The notes beneath the pieces were generated by a model. The model made no database searches. It was not told where the DNA came from and saw only the letters and a program-made list of their open reading frames with translations. A DNA stretch of 64,000 nucleotides from Candidatus Nomurabacteria bacterium. GTDB taxonomy: Bacteria > Patescibacteriota > WWE3 > UBA101185 > UBA10185. The position numbers and the translations under genes are program-made. Shown piece after piece: positions 9,865 through 19,674 of this stretch. The DNA lies in assembly GCA_020631855.1 (NCBI GenBank), contig JACKGU010000002.1, forward strand, positions 298,615-362,614, read 5' to 3'. Numbering within the stretch: position 1 is the stretch's first letter; the number at the start of each line of letters is the position of its first letter.

Positions 9865-10280
9865 ATTTTCCCCCTTAGATAATTTCTAATAAATAGACAG
9901 GTAGAAACAAGCACAAACACCAGCGCCAGCAATCTGAATAAAGAAAAAGAGCCTGTTATCCAAACAAGAGGCAGTGCAAATGCAACAAAATATAGAACAA
10001 AATTTAAATACCACATATCCACAAAAAACAAAAACAAGAGAAATAAAGAAAGTACGAAAATAAGAGCCGCAATTAGTAAAATATTTACAAAGTCAAAGCG
10101 AATAAGATTGCAAACCGAAATGTAAAATATAACACCGATGTATCCCGATATAATATAGTTTGCGAGCTGCACGATACTTCGACGCATATCTAAAGAGCGT
10201 ATTAATATAAAAAAAGGTAAAAAAGTTAAAAAAAGGTAAAAAAAAGATTTTCCCTCTAACAGCTGAGTAAAGGAACACAT
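9861..10280 (-). CDS. Small 4-TM membrane protein, unknown function
   Basis: The 139-aa ORF is all hydrophobic helices. Its stop overlaps the start of the next gene by 4 nt. Confidence 0.5.
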   Translation of the reverse strand: MCSFTQLLEGKSFFYLFLTFLPFFILIRSLDMRRSIVQLANYIISGYIGVIFYISVCNLIRFDFVNILLIAALIFVLSLFLLFLFFVDMWYLNFVLYFVAFALPLVWITGSFSLFRLLALVFVLVSTCLFIRNYLRGKI

Positions 10281-10283
10281 ACC

Positions 10284-12101
10284 TTAATTATAACAACTAC
10301 TGACAAGAAAACTATCTTTTTCTATTTTGTAGAGAATTATTTCTTGGGAAAAACTATCTTCTCCAGAAATGTTTGTTTTATAAACATAAAGCTGTTTTAG
10401 AAATTGATTATGAGTAATAAAATCGACGATGCGCGAAGACAACGACGAAATGTTGTAAACCAAAACATACCCCACGCCCAAATCAATGGCCTCCTGCATT
10501 CCTTCACAGGAAACTAGATTTTCCGTGAACTTATCAGACTCAAACCCAAAACTACCTTGCCCGAAACCTCGGGGGTTAATTATGGGCCTCTGGGTGTATG
10601 AAATCCAAAACATATATTCATTAACATTGCTAAAGGGGTATACAGCTATAACTGAATCTTTCGGTAAATTTTCCTTAATATAAGAAAGGATGCTCGGGGG
10701 ATATGAGTATTTTGTAACCTTTAATGGAATGTATTTTTCGGAGACCGCAAAAACGGTAATCACAAAAACGAATAGTGAAATTATAAAGGCTCTGGTTCTT
10801 TCACTCATTTTTGGAAACTTTGCCGCTATAGTAAAATCTGCCCATGAATTAAAAAAAAGAAGGCCATAGCCTGCAAATATTAAAACTATGATGTTTATTA
10901 GTTCAGAGAGTCTAACCAGAGACCTAAACATCGGAAACATGAGATACGACACGTAACTTGGTGTATAAATTTTATGTAGTGCGATAGTGAAATACGGAGG
11001 CATAGTGAGAGAAAATAACACAACTGTAGAAAGTGCAAGCGAAATAAGAATATTTTTGTGCATCAGATAAACCTCCTTACGATAAACAGGGCGAGCTCGG
11101 GCCTGACTGGTATAAGCCTTACTGGTTCTGCTAAACAAAGAAAAAACCTTACGACAAGCAACAAAACTAAGACGACCACGAGGAAATAAAGTCCTACACA
11201 CTCCCAGAAGCGATAGGAATAGGACGGAATATCCTATATAACTTGCGGAATGTTCCTGTTTGAAAAAATTTCCTGTTAACCAATATCCCCAATCATCTTG
11301 CAGATAAGAAAGAGCGCTCGAAGACAACTTTCCCAATAAGGGGTTGTCTATTGGTGGAAGTAAAAAGTACCAAGGTCTTGAAGTGAAGTAAAAAAAATCC
11401 TCCAACGTTCTGGCCGGAGTTGTAAAATCCGTTAGAGAGGTCCTTAATAGAAGTAAATAATTCCGTAAAAAAAATACACCCAGAAGAAAAAAAGGTACTA
11501 AAGATATCAAAGAACTTTTGAATAATAAGAGAAGCCGTGATTTATAACGCTTATACAATAAGGAATAGATCGATATGTAAATAGCGTGAAACATGAGCAA
11601 AAAAAATCCATAGTAATTACTAAAAACAGTTACTAGCCCAAACAGGGCCCCTAATATTAAAGATCTAAACCCCCAACCTTTTTGTTCTAATCTTTCGTTA
11701 TAAAATATTGTCGCATACATGCCTATAAGCAACAGCCAGTATTGGCTAAGGTCGTGGTGACTTCGCGCATGATAATAAAAATACGGACTGCCAAGAAGAA
11801 TTACTGAAAGTAATAACGAAAGATAAGAATTTCTAATAAAGGCCTTGTAAAATTTATAGCCCACGATAAGACCCATAATAGCTGCGGTCAGTGTAAAGAT
11901 ATTATAAACCGCGATTGAAGGTGCAAATCTCGATAGAAAAAAAAATAAATCGAAGCTCAAAGGCTGAGAATTTTCATACGGAACAACAGGATAAGATCTA
12001 TACATCGGGAAAAATTTTATGCTGTTAGAGCCAAAAATCCTATAAAGGTTGCCCAGGGCTATGTGATAAACATTATCTTCGAGCACTCCAAGTAATAACA
12101 C
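10284..12101 (-). CDS. Polytopic membrane protein with a C-terminal extracytoplasmic domain, probably GT-C-like/YfhO-like
   Basis: The 605-aa ORF has multiple TM segments and a soluble ~180-aa C-terminus. Its start overlaps the upstream stop by 1 nt. Confidence 0.6.
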   Translation of the reverse strand: MLLLGVLEDNVYHIALGNLYRIFGSNSIKFFPMYRSYPVVPYENSQPLSFDLFFFLSRFAPSIAVYNIFTLTAAIMGLIVGYKFYKAFIRNSYLSLLLSVILLGSPYFYYHARSHHDLSQYWLLLIGMYATIFYNERLEQKGWGFRSLILGALFGLVTVFSNYYGFFLLMFHAIYISIYSLLYKRYKSRLLLLFKSSLISLVPFFLLGVFFLRNYLLLLRTSLTDFTTPARTLEDFFYFTSRPWYFLLPPIDNPLLGKLSSSALSYLQDDWGYWLTGNFFKQEHSASYIGYSVLFLSLLGVCRTLFPRGRLSFVACRKVFSLFSRTSKAYTSQARARPVYRKEVYLMHKNILISLALSTVVLFSLTMPPYFTIALHKIYTPSYVSYLMFPMFRSLVRLSELINIIVLIFAGYGLLFFNSWADFTIAAKFPKMSERTRAFIISLFVFVITVFAVSEKYIPLKVTKYSYPPSILSYIKENLPKDSVIAVYPFSNVNEYMFWISYTQRPIINPRGFGQGSFGFESDKFTENLVSCEGMQEAIDLGVGYVLVYNISSLSSRIVDFITHNQFLKQLYVYKTNISGEDSFSQEIILYKIEKDSFLVSSCYN

Positions 12102-13639
12102 TATTGATTCCTAAAATATGTAATATCTATAATTGCCGGATCCGAGAAAAAGCGAGTAGGAGAAAGTATAGACTGGTACTTAATAGTTGACCCGTCTGTC
12201 GAAAAACGATCATAATCGATATCAGTTTCAACATTATAAAGATTTTTATAATTAGAGATTATATAAGTTCTTGTCCATATGTTGTCAAGCACAGGAATGC
12301 CTTTGTAAGTTCTAATATCTGTGCTTAGATTGATCAGGGTATTTTCTGAAATTTCCGTATGCTTAATAAATTCTGCGAACTCTAGTTGCAGCTCAGACGC
12401 TCGTATATAGTGCGCAAGAGAAATGTTATTCATAATAGTAAAAAACAGTAAAAAGAGAAAAATAACTTTAAGACCTAAAACTCTTGCCTTATCCAAGATA
12501 ATAGCAGAACCTAATGTCGCTAGCAAAAGAAGGTGCGGGAGGTTTATTCTATCTCCCATAGGCGCAGAGCTTGTGCTGTAGTTACCTATTACCGGGACAA
12601 AAAATGACAAAATAAATGAGAAATACAAAATCCACCGAGAAATTGGTGGCACATCGCACAAATATTTACTGCTGTGATATTTCTTTCTCACATAGACGTA
12701 AAGCGTATACAAAAGATAAAGAAAGGCGACCAACAACAAGAGCACAGAAGAGAAATATTCTAAGACAATCAGATCGCGGTAATTCCTCAAGATATCAGAA
12801 ACAAACTTCAAGGCATCTGGCCCAAAGAAGAAATTACTAAACAACGTAATCTGCTCCAGCATGAGTTTTAAACTATCGGACCTTATTAGAGAGGCCTCTT
12901 TTACAAACTCTGTAGCATTAATAAAAACAAGCGCAGTCCTCTTGAACAGTAAATAACTAAAAAGTCCTAGGGGATAAGGTAATACGTAGATGACCTTTTT
13001 GTAAAAACTCTCTTTGGAGAATAAAATTACCAACACTATCAGCGGCATCAAAGCAATAGAATTCTCATATACGAGAATAGAAATAAATGCGAATAAATAG
13101 GATAAAAATGTACTATAAAAGATACTATATTTAATACTGAAGTACATTGCTATAGATATAAATAACAAAGAGAAAAGAGACATCTGGGCAGATATCCAGT
13201 AAAGGCTTGCGGTATGGAAAGGGGCGCAAATGAACAGAAGAATCGCAAAGAAAGCAACCTCCTTGCTACCTAGAACTGCCGTAAAAAAGTTATAGAAAAA
13301 CCAACAAGCAAGAGAAAAAATAAACACATTCACTATAAAGTACAACGCGATATTTCCCTGGAAAAACCCTATCTGCAAAGGCATTATTGTTAACCAGAAC
13401 GGCCGCTGAATTAAATACGGACCGCTTTGCCAAAGAAAAAAATCAAAAGCATCAGAAACAGACTTTGAATTCAATAAAAAAACGGCCCTGAACGTATCCC
13501 AATCGTCAGAAATCAAACCCAATCTGCTGATGTTGACCAAACCATACTGAAAAAATGTAAAAATAAAGAAAATTGGAAAGACAAACTTATCTCTATTCTG
13601 ATATAAAACTGAGGATGCTTTTTCCAAGAATATTTTCAT
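12101..13639 (-). CDS. Polytopic membrane protein, probably GT-C-like
   Basis: The 512-aa ORF has about 12 TM segments plus a C-terminal soluble tail. Confidence 0.6.
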   Translation of the reverse strand: MKIFLEKASSVLYQNRDKFVFPIFFIFTFFQYGLVNISRLGLISDDWDTFRAVFLLNSKSVSDAFDFFLWQSGPYLIQRPFWLTIMPLQIGFFQGNIALYFIVNVFIFSLACWFFYNFFTAVLGSKEVAFFAILLFICAPFHTASLYWISAQMSLFSLLFISIAMYFSIKYSIFYSTFLSYLFAFISILVYENSIALMPLIVLVILFSKESFYKKVIYVLPYPLGLFSYLLFKRTALVFINATEFVKEASLIRSDSLKLMLEQITLFSNFFFGPDALKFVSDILRNYRDLIVLEYFSSVLLLLVAFLYLLYTLYVYVRKKYHSSKYLCDVPPISRWILYFSFILSFFVPVIGNYSTSSAPMGDRINLPHLLLLATLGSAIILDKARVLGLKVIFLFLLFFTIMNNISLAHYIRASELQLEFAEFIKHTEISENTLINLSTDIRTYKGIPVLDNIWTRTYIISNYKNLYNVETDIDYDRFSTDGSTIKYQSILSPTRFFSDPAIIDITYFRNQ

Positions 13640-14702
13640 GTGTCTTTGCTAATCTTAAACAATTACTACTATAATACTCGTATCGAGACATTATTTCATC
13701 ATAGGCCTCAACGTACTGTGTCGAATTTACATCACAGACAACACCACATTCGTAATCTACAATCTCTTTAACTGTGGAGTGGGTGTCTGTTGTAATTACC
13801 GGGACACCAAAAGCAAAGAATTCCCTGCACTTAGTGCTATCTCCATAATAATTAAATCCCCAACTTCCGTTATACAATGCGATTCCTATACCGGCACCCA
13901 TTGCGGCTAAGAGATACTCTTTGTGAGGTATAAAATCGTGAAACAGAACAGTTTCCTCCAGTTCGAGAGATTTTACGTAATTTTTGTACATTTCTTCTTT
14001 ATCCCCATTACCATATATTTTAAGTAGTATTGATGGGTATTTTACTTTTAAAACCTTTACGGCATCAAAGAGGCCAAAATAGTCCTGCTGATCTGATAGA
14101 ATACCCGAGGTTATTAAGACATGATTTAACTTTTTCTTGGCTGATATTTCAACTTGGATATCCGGAACATTCGGTACAAAAACTAACCTGTCTGCCGGAA
14201 CTCCTTGTGAAAGTCTCTTATCAAATATTCTCGATGAAACACACCATATATAATCAGAGAACATCACGCACACTCTCTCAATAAACCTGAAAAAAAAGTT
14301 AAGTATCCAGGAGTCAAACCGCCTATCTGAGTAATCCGTGTTGTAAAAAACAACTTTTGAACTTGGGCTGAATATTTTAAACAAAATTCCAGAAAATGCG
14401 TTTAAAGGGTTCGCGGCAATAAACCTTGCCCCCGCACGATACTTGCTCAACACTTTGAGCAGCACTAAAACTTGAGAGAAGTACGCAAGCGGTAAGTTTC
14501 CTGTCATGGTAGCAAGGGTTGCGGTCTCCACTAAAACACCGTTTTTGTAAGTTAAAACCTCACTTCGGCGCTCGCCGTATATGTAATTTCTTACAAACAC
14601 AAACGAGTGATTTTTTTTAATCAGCAATTCTAAAGTACGCTCAAAAAGCACATCAAAAACCTGATCGTCGACTAAATATGCGTGAGATGCCAGAACAATC
14701 AT
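13593..14702 (-). CDS. Glycosyltransferase family 4
   Basis: 'FAFGVPVITTDTHSTVKEIVDYECGVVCD'. Overlaps the downstream gene by 47 nt. Confidence 0.8.
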   Translation of the reverse strand: MIVLASHAYLVDDQVFDVLFERTLELLIKKNHSFVFVRNYIYGERRSEVLTYKNGVLVETATLATMTGNLPLAYFSQVLVLLKVLSKYRAGARFIAANPLNAFSGILFKIFSPSSKVVFYNTDYSDRRFDSWILNFFFRFIERVCVMFSDYIWCVSSRIFDKRLSQGVPADRLVFVPNVPDIQVEISAKKKLNHVLITSGILSDQQDYFGLFDAVKVLKVKYPSILLKIYGNGDKEEMYKNYVKSLELEETVLFHDFIPHKEYLLAAMGAGIGIALYNGSWGFNYYGDSTKCREFFAFGVPVITTDTHSTVKEIVDYECGVVCDVNSTQYVEAYDEIMSRYEYYSSNCLRLAKTHENILGKSILSFISE

Positions 14703-14777
14703 ACAATACTTGTAACCATGAAAATCTGATCCTAACGAAGGGTCAGACCTCTAGCCAAAAATCGATCCATGGTTACA

Positions 14778-15632
14778 TTATAACAAGCCTTTCCGCCGAA
14801 GCATGTTAAATAATGGGATTTTAAATTTCTCCGGCATAATATACAATAACCCAAGTTGAACAATATTTAAAATAGTGGCTTTAGCACTTGGCCTATAACC
14901 GAGCTTTAGGGCTTTGAACCTTAATTTAAATGTCAACCTCTCTACATCTCTTGGAAATGCATGGCTGGAACCCTCGTGGTGCACTCTGTAGTCAATTACA
15001 GCCACGCCCACATTGCCAAACTTATATTCAACACCAACTCTAATCCAAAAATCAAGATCGTCTATCGGATGAAAAGCCTCGTCATAACCATCAACTGTTT
15101 CATAAATTTCTTTTCGACACATTACAGTCGGGTTAGGTATTGGGTTGAATAAAAAGAATGCTTTTCTTATATCCTTGTCGCTCACAGGGTATTCTCTTGT
15201 ATACTTGAAGGCACCATTCTCATCTATAACATTTAGATTGCCCATACAAACACCTACGTCAGGATTGTTTTGTAAAAACTCATATTGTTGTCCAAGTCTA
15301 TGAGGCAGTGCTATGTCATCTGCATCCATGGTTGCAATATAAGCGGAAGTCGATAACTCAATTCCTCTGTTTCTTGAATACGCTATCTTCATGTTCTTAG
15401 AATTTCTTTCATAAATTATGCGACCGTCTGCTTTTGCAAAATCTTGCAAAAGCTTGCTAGTGCCGTCAGTACAGCAATCATCGATAATAATAAATTCGAA
15501 ATCCTCAAATGATTGAGATAAAATACTTTTGACTGCTTTATCCACGTACTTTACAGAATTATAAACCGGCATTACGACACTAATCCTAGCCTTAGAGAGC
15601 TTTTGTTTTTTTGATAAAAGTGTTTTACCCAT
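14778..15632 (-). CDS. Glycosyltransferase family 2
   Basis: 'ISVVMPVYNSVKYVDKAVKSILSQSFEDFEFIIIDDCCTDGT' followed by 'DADD'. Confidence 0.85.
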   Translation of the reverse strand: MGKTLLSKKQKLSKARISVVMPVYNSVKYVDKAVKSILSQSFEDFEFIIIDDCCTDGTSKLLQDFAKADGRIIYERNSKNMKIAYSRNRGIELSTSAYIATMDADDIALPHRLGQQYEFLQNNPDVGVCMGNLNVIDENGAFKYTREYPVSDKDIRKAFFLFNPIPNPTVMCRKEIYETVDGYDEAFHPIDDLDFWIRVGVEYKFGNVGVAVIDYRVHHEGSSHAFPRDVERLTFKLRFKALKLGYRPSAKATILNIVQLGLLYIMPEKFKIPLFNMLRRKGLL

Positions 15633-15656
15633 CTATATATGCTAAACTCTTAAAAA

Positions 15657-16613
15657 CTATACCTCTTCATCAACAATATAAATCGGCCGATCTATAACTT
15701 CAACGTAAATACAGCTTAGATACAAAGCTACTATACCTAAAGAAGATAATAAAATTCCATTTAGCAAGGTGTTGAATACACTCAACGCAAAGGTTGGAGA
15801 GAATAGCCATTCTTTACTTCTAATAAAATAAATAAAATTATAAGACAGCAGCAACAAAGAGAATCCAATAAGAGCGATGCCGATATAGCCAATAAATTTT
15901 AATGGTTTGCTCGAGAGACTTAATATCCCAAGTTTTGCAAATGTTAAGTTACGCCTGAAATTGTACCACGGCTTACCATATACCCGCTCTCGAGCAACAA
16001 AAGAAACAACGGCACTCCTATATCCCATCCAAGGAACAAGGCCCCTCAAAAACCTGTTATGCTCACGCATACTTTTTAACTCTTTTAATACCGAATTATC
16101 AAGAAGTTTGAAATCAGCAAAGCCTTTTTTGACAGGGTATTCAGTAAAGATGTTTAGAACTTTGTAAAAAAACTCTGAAAAAAGCTTTTTCAAAATGGGT
16201 TCCCCCTTTGTATATTTTCTAAATGTGTGGACTATTTTGTAGCCGTCTTCCCATTTTCTAATAAGTTCGGGGAAAATTGACGGGGGGTGCTGTAAATCGG
16301 AATCGCAGTAAATTACAGCAGCTCCGGATGCACGATCCAATCCTGCCGTAAGAGCTATCTGGTGACCAAAATTTCTCGACAAATTTATGCCCCTTATATT
16401 ACCGCATTTTGAGCAAAGGTCTTTAATAATTTCCCAAGTATCGTCAGTGCTACCATCGTTGACTATGATGTATTCAAAGTCGTACTTTGTTTCTTTTGCA
16501 AAGACAGCCGCGATTTCACTATACATCAGAGGAAGGTTTTTCTCCTCATTATGGGCAGGGGATACAACAGATATTAATGTGCGATCAGTTTTCGCAGAGC
16601 TTTTACCGCCCAT
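15657..16613 (-). CDS. Polyprenyl-phosphate sugar synthase, a GT2 of the Dpm1/GtrB/ArnC type with C-terminal TM helices
   Basis: 'ISVVSPAHNEEKNLP', 'VNDGSTDDT', 'DSDLQHPP', and two C-terminal hydrophobic helices. Confidence 0.85.
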   Translation of the reverse strand: MGGKSSAKTDRTLISVVSPAHNEEKNLPLMYSEIAAVFAKETKYDFEYIIVNDGSTDDTWEIIKDLCSKCGNIRGINLSRNFGHQIALTAGLDRASGAAVIYCDSDLQHPPSIFPELIRKWEDGYKIVHTFRKYTKGEPILKKLFSEFFYKVLNIFTEYPVKKGFADFKLLDNSVLKELKSMREHNRFLRGLVPWMGYRSAVVSFVARERVYGKPWYNFRRNLTFAKLGILSLSSKPLKFIGYIGIALIGFSLLLLSYNFIYFIRSKEWLFSPTFALSVFNTLLNGILLSSLGIVALYLSCIYVEVIDRPIYIVDEEV

Positions 16614-17286
16614 TTACTGTCTCCAACAAGAAAACAAACTGCAGAGTAAACAGAGTAGGCCATAGGTGCTTTAAAATCTGTAAAAAGGAATGCTGGGGGG
16701 CTACTTCGTTATAGCATACACGAGAGACCACTCTTAAACCGCGCTCTTCAAAAAACTTATTCATTGTTTTAAGTGTATAAAACCTTAAGTGCGTAGAGTC
16801 CATGACCCCAACATCTTTATAATCAAAATTACCAAAAAGATGCTTAAGTCGATATAAAATAAAGGCTATATTAGGAAGACTAACTATTATCTTTCCGTTT
16901 TCTTTCAGTCGATCTTTAAAAAAGTCGACAATCTCTCCGGGCTGTAGAATATGTTCGAGAACATCAGCAAAAATTATGAAATCATACTTTGTATCAATTA
17001 CTAGCTCGTTTACGGGATCGTTAAGGTTAAAACAATAAGTATTGCGATATCCAGAAGATTTAGCCTCTTTCAGAACTTCCGGATAAACATCAACACCGTC
17101 TACCGTACATTTTTTTGCGTCTACCAACTTCCTGCCTAAATCTCCTGTCCAGCACCCGACATCAAGCACACTGGAATCAGGAAGAACAAAGTCAAAAACA
17201 GCAGTATTAATATGCGCATATTTAGAATTATCAACGGAACCCATGGTTAAATTGTAATATCTACCGACACAATATACAATAGACAC
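16603..17286 (-). CDS. Class I SAM-dependent methyltransferase
   Basis: Motif I is 'VLDVGCWTGDLGRKL'. The real start may be the internal Met (MGSVDNSKY) near 17244. Confidence 0.75.
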   Translation of the reverse strand: MSIVYCVGRYYNLTMGSVDNSKYAHINTAVFDFVLPDSSVLDVGCWTGDLGRKLVDAKKCTVDGVDVYPEVLKEAKSSGYRNTYCFNLNDPVNELVIDTKYDFIIFADVLEHILQPGEIVDFFKDRLKENGKIIVSLPNIAFILYRLKHLFGNFDYKDVGVMDSTHLRFYTLKTMNKFFEERGLRVVSRVCYNEVAPQHSFLQILKHLWPTLFTLQFVFLLETVNGR

Positions 17287-18225
17287 ATGTCAAATGTAGC
17301 TGTACTTGTGATTAATCATAACGGCGCTAAATACGTTGATGGCTGTCTAAAAAGTCTTAATAAACAAACGGGAAATGATTTTAAAACCTACTTTTTTGAT
17401 TCCGGTTCCACAGACAACTCTCTAGAATATGTAAAAAGCAAGTATCCCGAAGTTGAGGTGCTCTCATTTCCAAACTTAGGATATACGGGCACTTATAACA
17501 AAGGCATTGAAGTAATAAATAAAAAAAGCAAATACGATACCTACCTTCTTTTAAACATTGATACAATTCTTGACCACGAGGCTATTAAAGAGATAAATCG
17601 CATCTTCTTCATGAAAAAAGATGCGGGGATTGTGATACCTGCGGTCCTAGACTCAAATAATAAGATAGATTCAATAGGAGGAAAATACAACTTCATTACA
17701 GGCACTACATTTGGCTATAAAAACGGCAGAATGTTTAAGAGGGGCAACAACATATATAAATGCGCCTGGGCAAGCGGGTGCTGCATGGCTATTAAAAGAG
17801 AGGTTTTTGAAGCAGTAGGGGGACTTGATGATTATTTCATGTTCTACGAAGATGTCAGTATTTCATGGAAAACGCTAAGGCTCGGTTACGAAATATATGC
17901 GACAAACAGTACCTATGTTATCCATTATGGTGGCGGCAGCAAAAGCCCGAAGGCTAAAGCGATTGAGATGTGCGAAACCAACAGAATAAGGGCTTATAGA
18001 AGAAATTTCAATCCAATTATTTTTTATTCATATTTGCCGTTTTTAACTGTTTTTCGATCAGCATTGTTCTTTTACAACACAAAAGGCGACACTGAACTTA
18101 TTAAAGCAAAAATGAGGGGTCTTGTGAGTGGTTTAAAATACGCTTTCCGCCTCAAAGAATACGATCAAGAGATTTCTATGAAAAGTTCTATTAGATTACT
18201 GAAGAGGATATTTGAGTTTAGATGA
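17287..18225 (+). CDS. Glycosyltransferase family 2
   Basis: 'VAVLVINHNGAKYVDGCLKSLNKQT..DSGSTDNS'. It is divergent from the methyltransferase with zero intergenic spacing as called. Confidence 0.8.
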   Translation: MSNVAVLVINHNGAKYVDGCLKSLNKQTGNDFKTYFFDSGSTDNSLEYVKSKYPEVEVLSFPNLGYTGTYNKGIEVINKKSKYDTYLLLNIDTILDHEAIKEINRIFFMKKDAGIVIPAVLDSNNKIDSIGGKYNFITGTTFGYKNGRMFKRGNNIYKCAWASGCCMAIKREVFEAVGGLDDYFMFYEDVSISWKTLRLGYEIYATNSTYVIHYGGGSKSPKAKAIEMCETNRIRAYRRNFNPIIFYSYLPFLTVFRSALFFYNTKGDTELIKAKMRGLVSGLKYAFRLKEYDQEISMKSSIRLLKRIFEFR

Positions 18226-18387
18226 CAACCAGCAAACCAACCACCACCAGCTTACGCAGGTTGTTTACTGTAATTTCTTTGCGTTGCAAAGCCTAACATA
18301 TTGGGTAAAGTACATCTACTAGCTTACATAGGTAGTTTTAAGTAACGAAATTATAAAATTGAAATAAGAAACATTTCCAAAAATTAA

Positions 18388-19671
18388 CTACTGCTTACTA
18401 GCTGAATAAACAAAGCGGCCCGAGCTGAAAAAATAAACCGTAACAGCTAAAAACAGAGCAAGGCTAACGAAAACATTAACATTTATTACCTCGGTCAAAG
18501 AGTCGTGGAAAAGTTCAATGAGCACAAACTGAGCAAAAGATGCAGGCAATAAAAACCAATATACCTTGGTTTTATCTGTTGCAAGAAAAAACATAATCAT
18601 AAAATACGTCAATATGTACAAAGCCACAAAAATGGCAAAGTGCGGTAAATATTCGGCTGCCTCAGAAAAATGATTACCGAAAAGAGTTTTAATAACAAGA
18701 GGCGAGAAAAAATAAAAAAACCCAAGACCTAAAGAAACCACCGACGCCTGCAGTACAAAAAAATGTCTAAATCTTCTCATATAATCTCCGCCGGATGCAT
18801 ACAATTGAGAGATTTGCGGGTACATGACAACGGTTATGATGCTTGCTCCAAATAAAAAAACCTTTCCCACAGTCACAATACCAGAATAAATACCTGCGTC
18901 CTGAGGATCAAAGTGATGCTTAACTAAAAGTACATCGACATTATTTAAAAGGTTGAGGCCCAAAGTGACAAAAACAGTAGTGATAGCAAACTTAAAAACT
19001 TCCTTAAAGTGCTCATCAGCTATTTTAACCTCATGAGAAGTAAAATTTTTCTTTAATAATAAGAGAGATATTCCATAGCTCGCCACAATAGCAATAGACA
19101 TTCCCGTAAACGCCCCGCTAAGTCCGGTTTTTAAAACGACGACAAACAACAACGCAAGTAAAAGCCTGAGAAAGCTGCTAAAAGAAGTAAAAAAAGCAAA
19201 AGCTTTGAATCTCAACAAGCCCTGAAGGTAAGAAGACGGGGCCATTATTATAAAGGTCAAACATGTAAAAACGCCGAATATAAAAACAAGTAATTCGTGA
19301 TCAATTTTTAAATAACTGCTCAGAGTATACCTGGAAACTACTATTAAAAGAAAAGAATAGAATCCTGCTAAAAGCGAGAAGAGGCTAAATTTCTTGAAAA
19401 GCAAGGTTAGAACATCAAATCTGTTTGCAACACGAAGTTCAGTTACTTTCTTAATAAGTGCTGTTACCAAAGCACCAATAGGAACGCCAAAAATAACAGA
19501 CAGAGACAGTAATGCATTGAATGTACCGTAATCCTCAACCGACAGAAACCTACCTAATAAAACCTGCAATAAATATGAAAAAACACTACCTAAAAGTGTT
19601 CCGGCACTCACTACCACTGTCCCATACAAGAGCTGACTATCTCTTAGTCTTCCGATTTTTTGTAACATCAT
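18388..19671 (-). CDS. Polysaccharide biosynthesis protein/flippase (Wzx-like, MOP superfamily)
   Basis: The 427-aa ORF has about 12 TM segments. The N-term 'LLYGTVVVSAGTLLGSVFSYLLQVLLGRFLSVEDYGTFNAL' is typical of the Polysacc_synt family. Confidence 0.8.
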   Translation of the reverse strand: MMLQKIGRLRDSQLLYGTVVVSAGTLLGSVFSYLLQVLLGRFLSVEDYGTFNALLSLSVIFGVPIGALVTALIKKVTELRVANRFDVLTLLFKKFSLFSLLAGFYSFLLIVVSRYTLSSYLKIDHELLVFIFGVFTCLTFIIMAPSSYLQGLLRFKAFAFFTSFSSFLRLLLALLFVVVLKTGLSGAFTGMSIAIVASYGISLLLLKKNFTSHEVKIADEHFKEVFKFAITTVFVTLGLNLLNNVDVLLVKHHFDPQDAGIYSGIVTVGKVFLFGASIITVVMYPQISQLYASGGDYMRRFRHFFVLQASVVSLGLGFFYFFSPLVIKTLFGNHFSEAAEYLPHFAIFVALYILTYFMIMFFLATDKTKVYWFLLPASFAQFVLIELFHDSLTEVINVNVFVSLALFLAVTVYFFSSGRFVYSASKQ

Positions 19672-19674
19672 AGG

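Noticed and set aside
10201-10260. Short tandem repeat 'aaaaaaggt/aaaaaagtt/aaaaaaaggt'
   Set aside because: It lies in-frame within a coding sequence, where it codes a Phe/Leu-rich TM helix. It has only 3 imperfect units. It is not a CRISPR or VNTR-like array.
10093-10278. 61-aa ORF overlapping the 139-aa membrane protein gene
   Set aside because: It is an alternative frame of the same region. The longer ORF has consistent hydrophobic helices and start/stop coupling with neighbours.
18226-18387. Possible tRNA or small RNA in the convergent intergenic region (and likewise 37565..37697)
   Set aside because: No cloverleaf-compatible acceptor or anticodon stem pattern is present. Only a weak 6-bp hairpin 'ctttgc-gtt-gcaaag' without a U-tract was seen.
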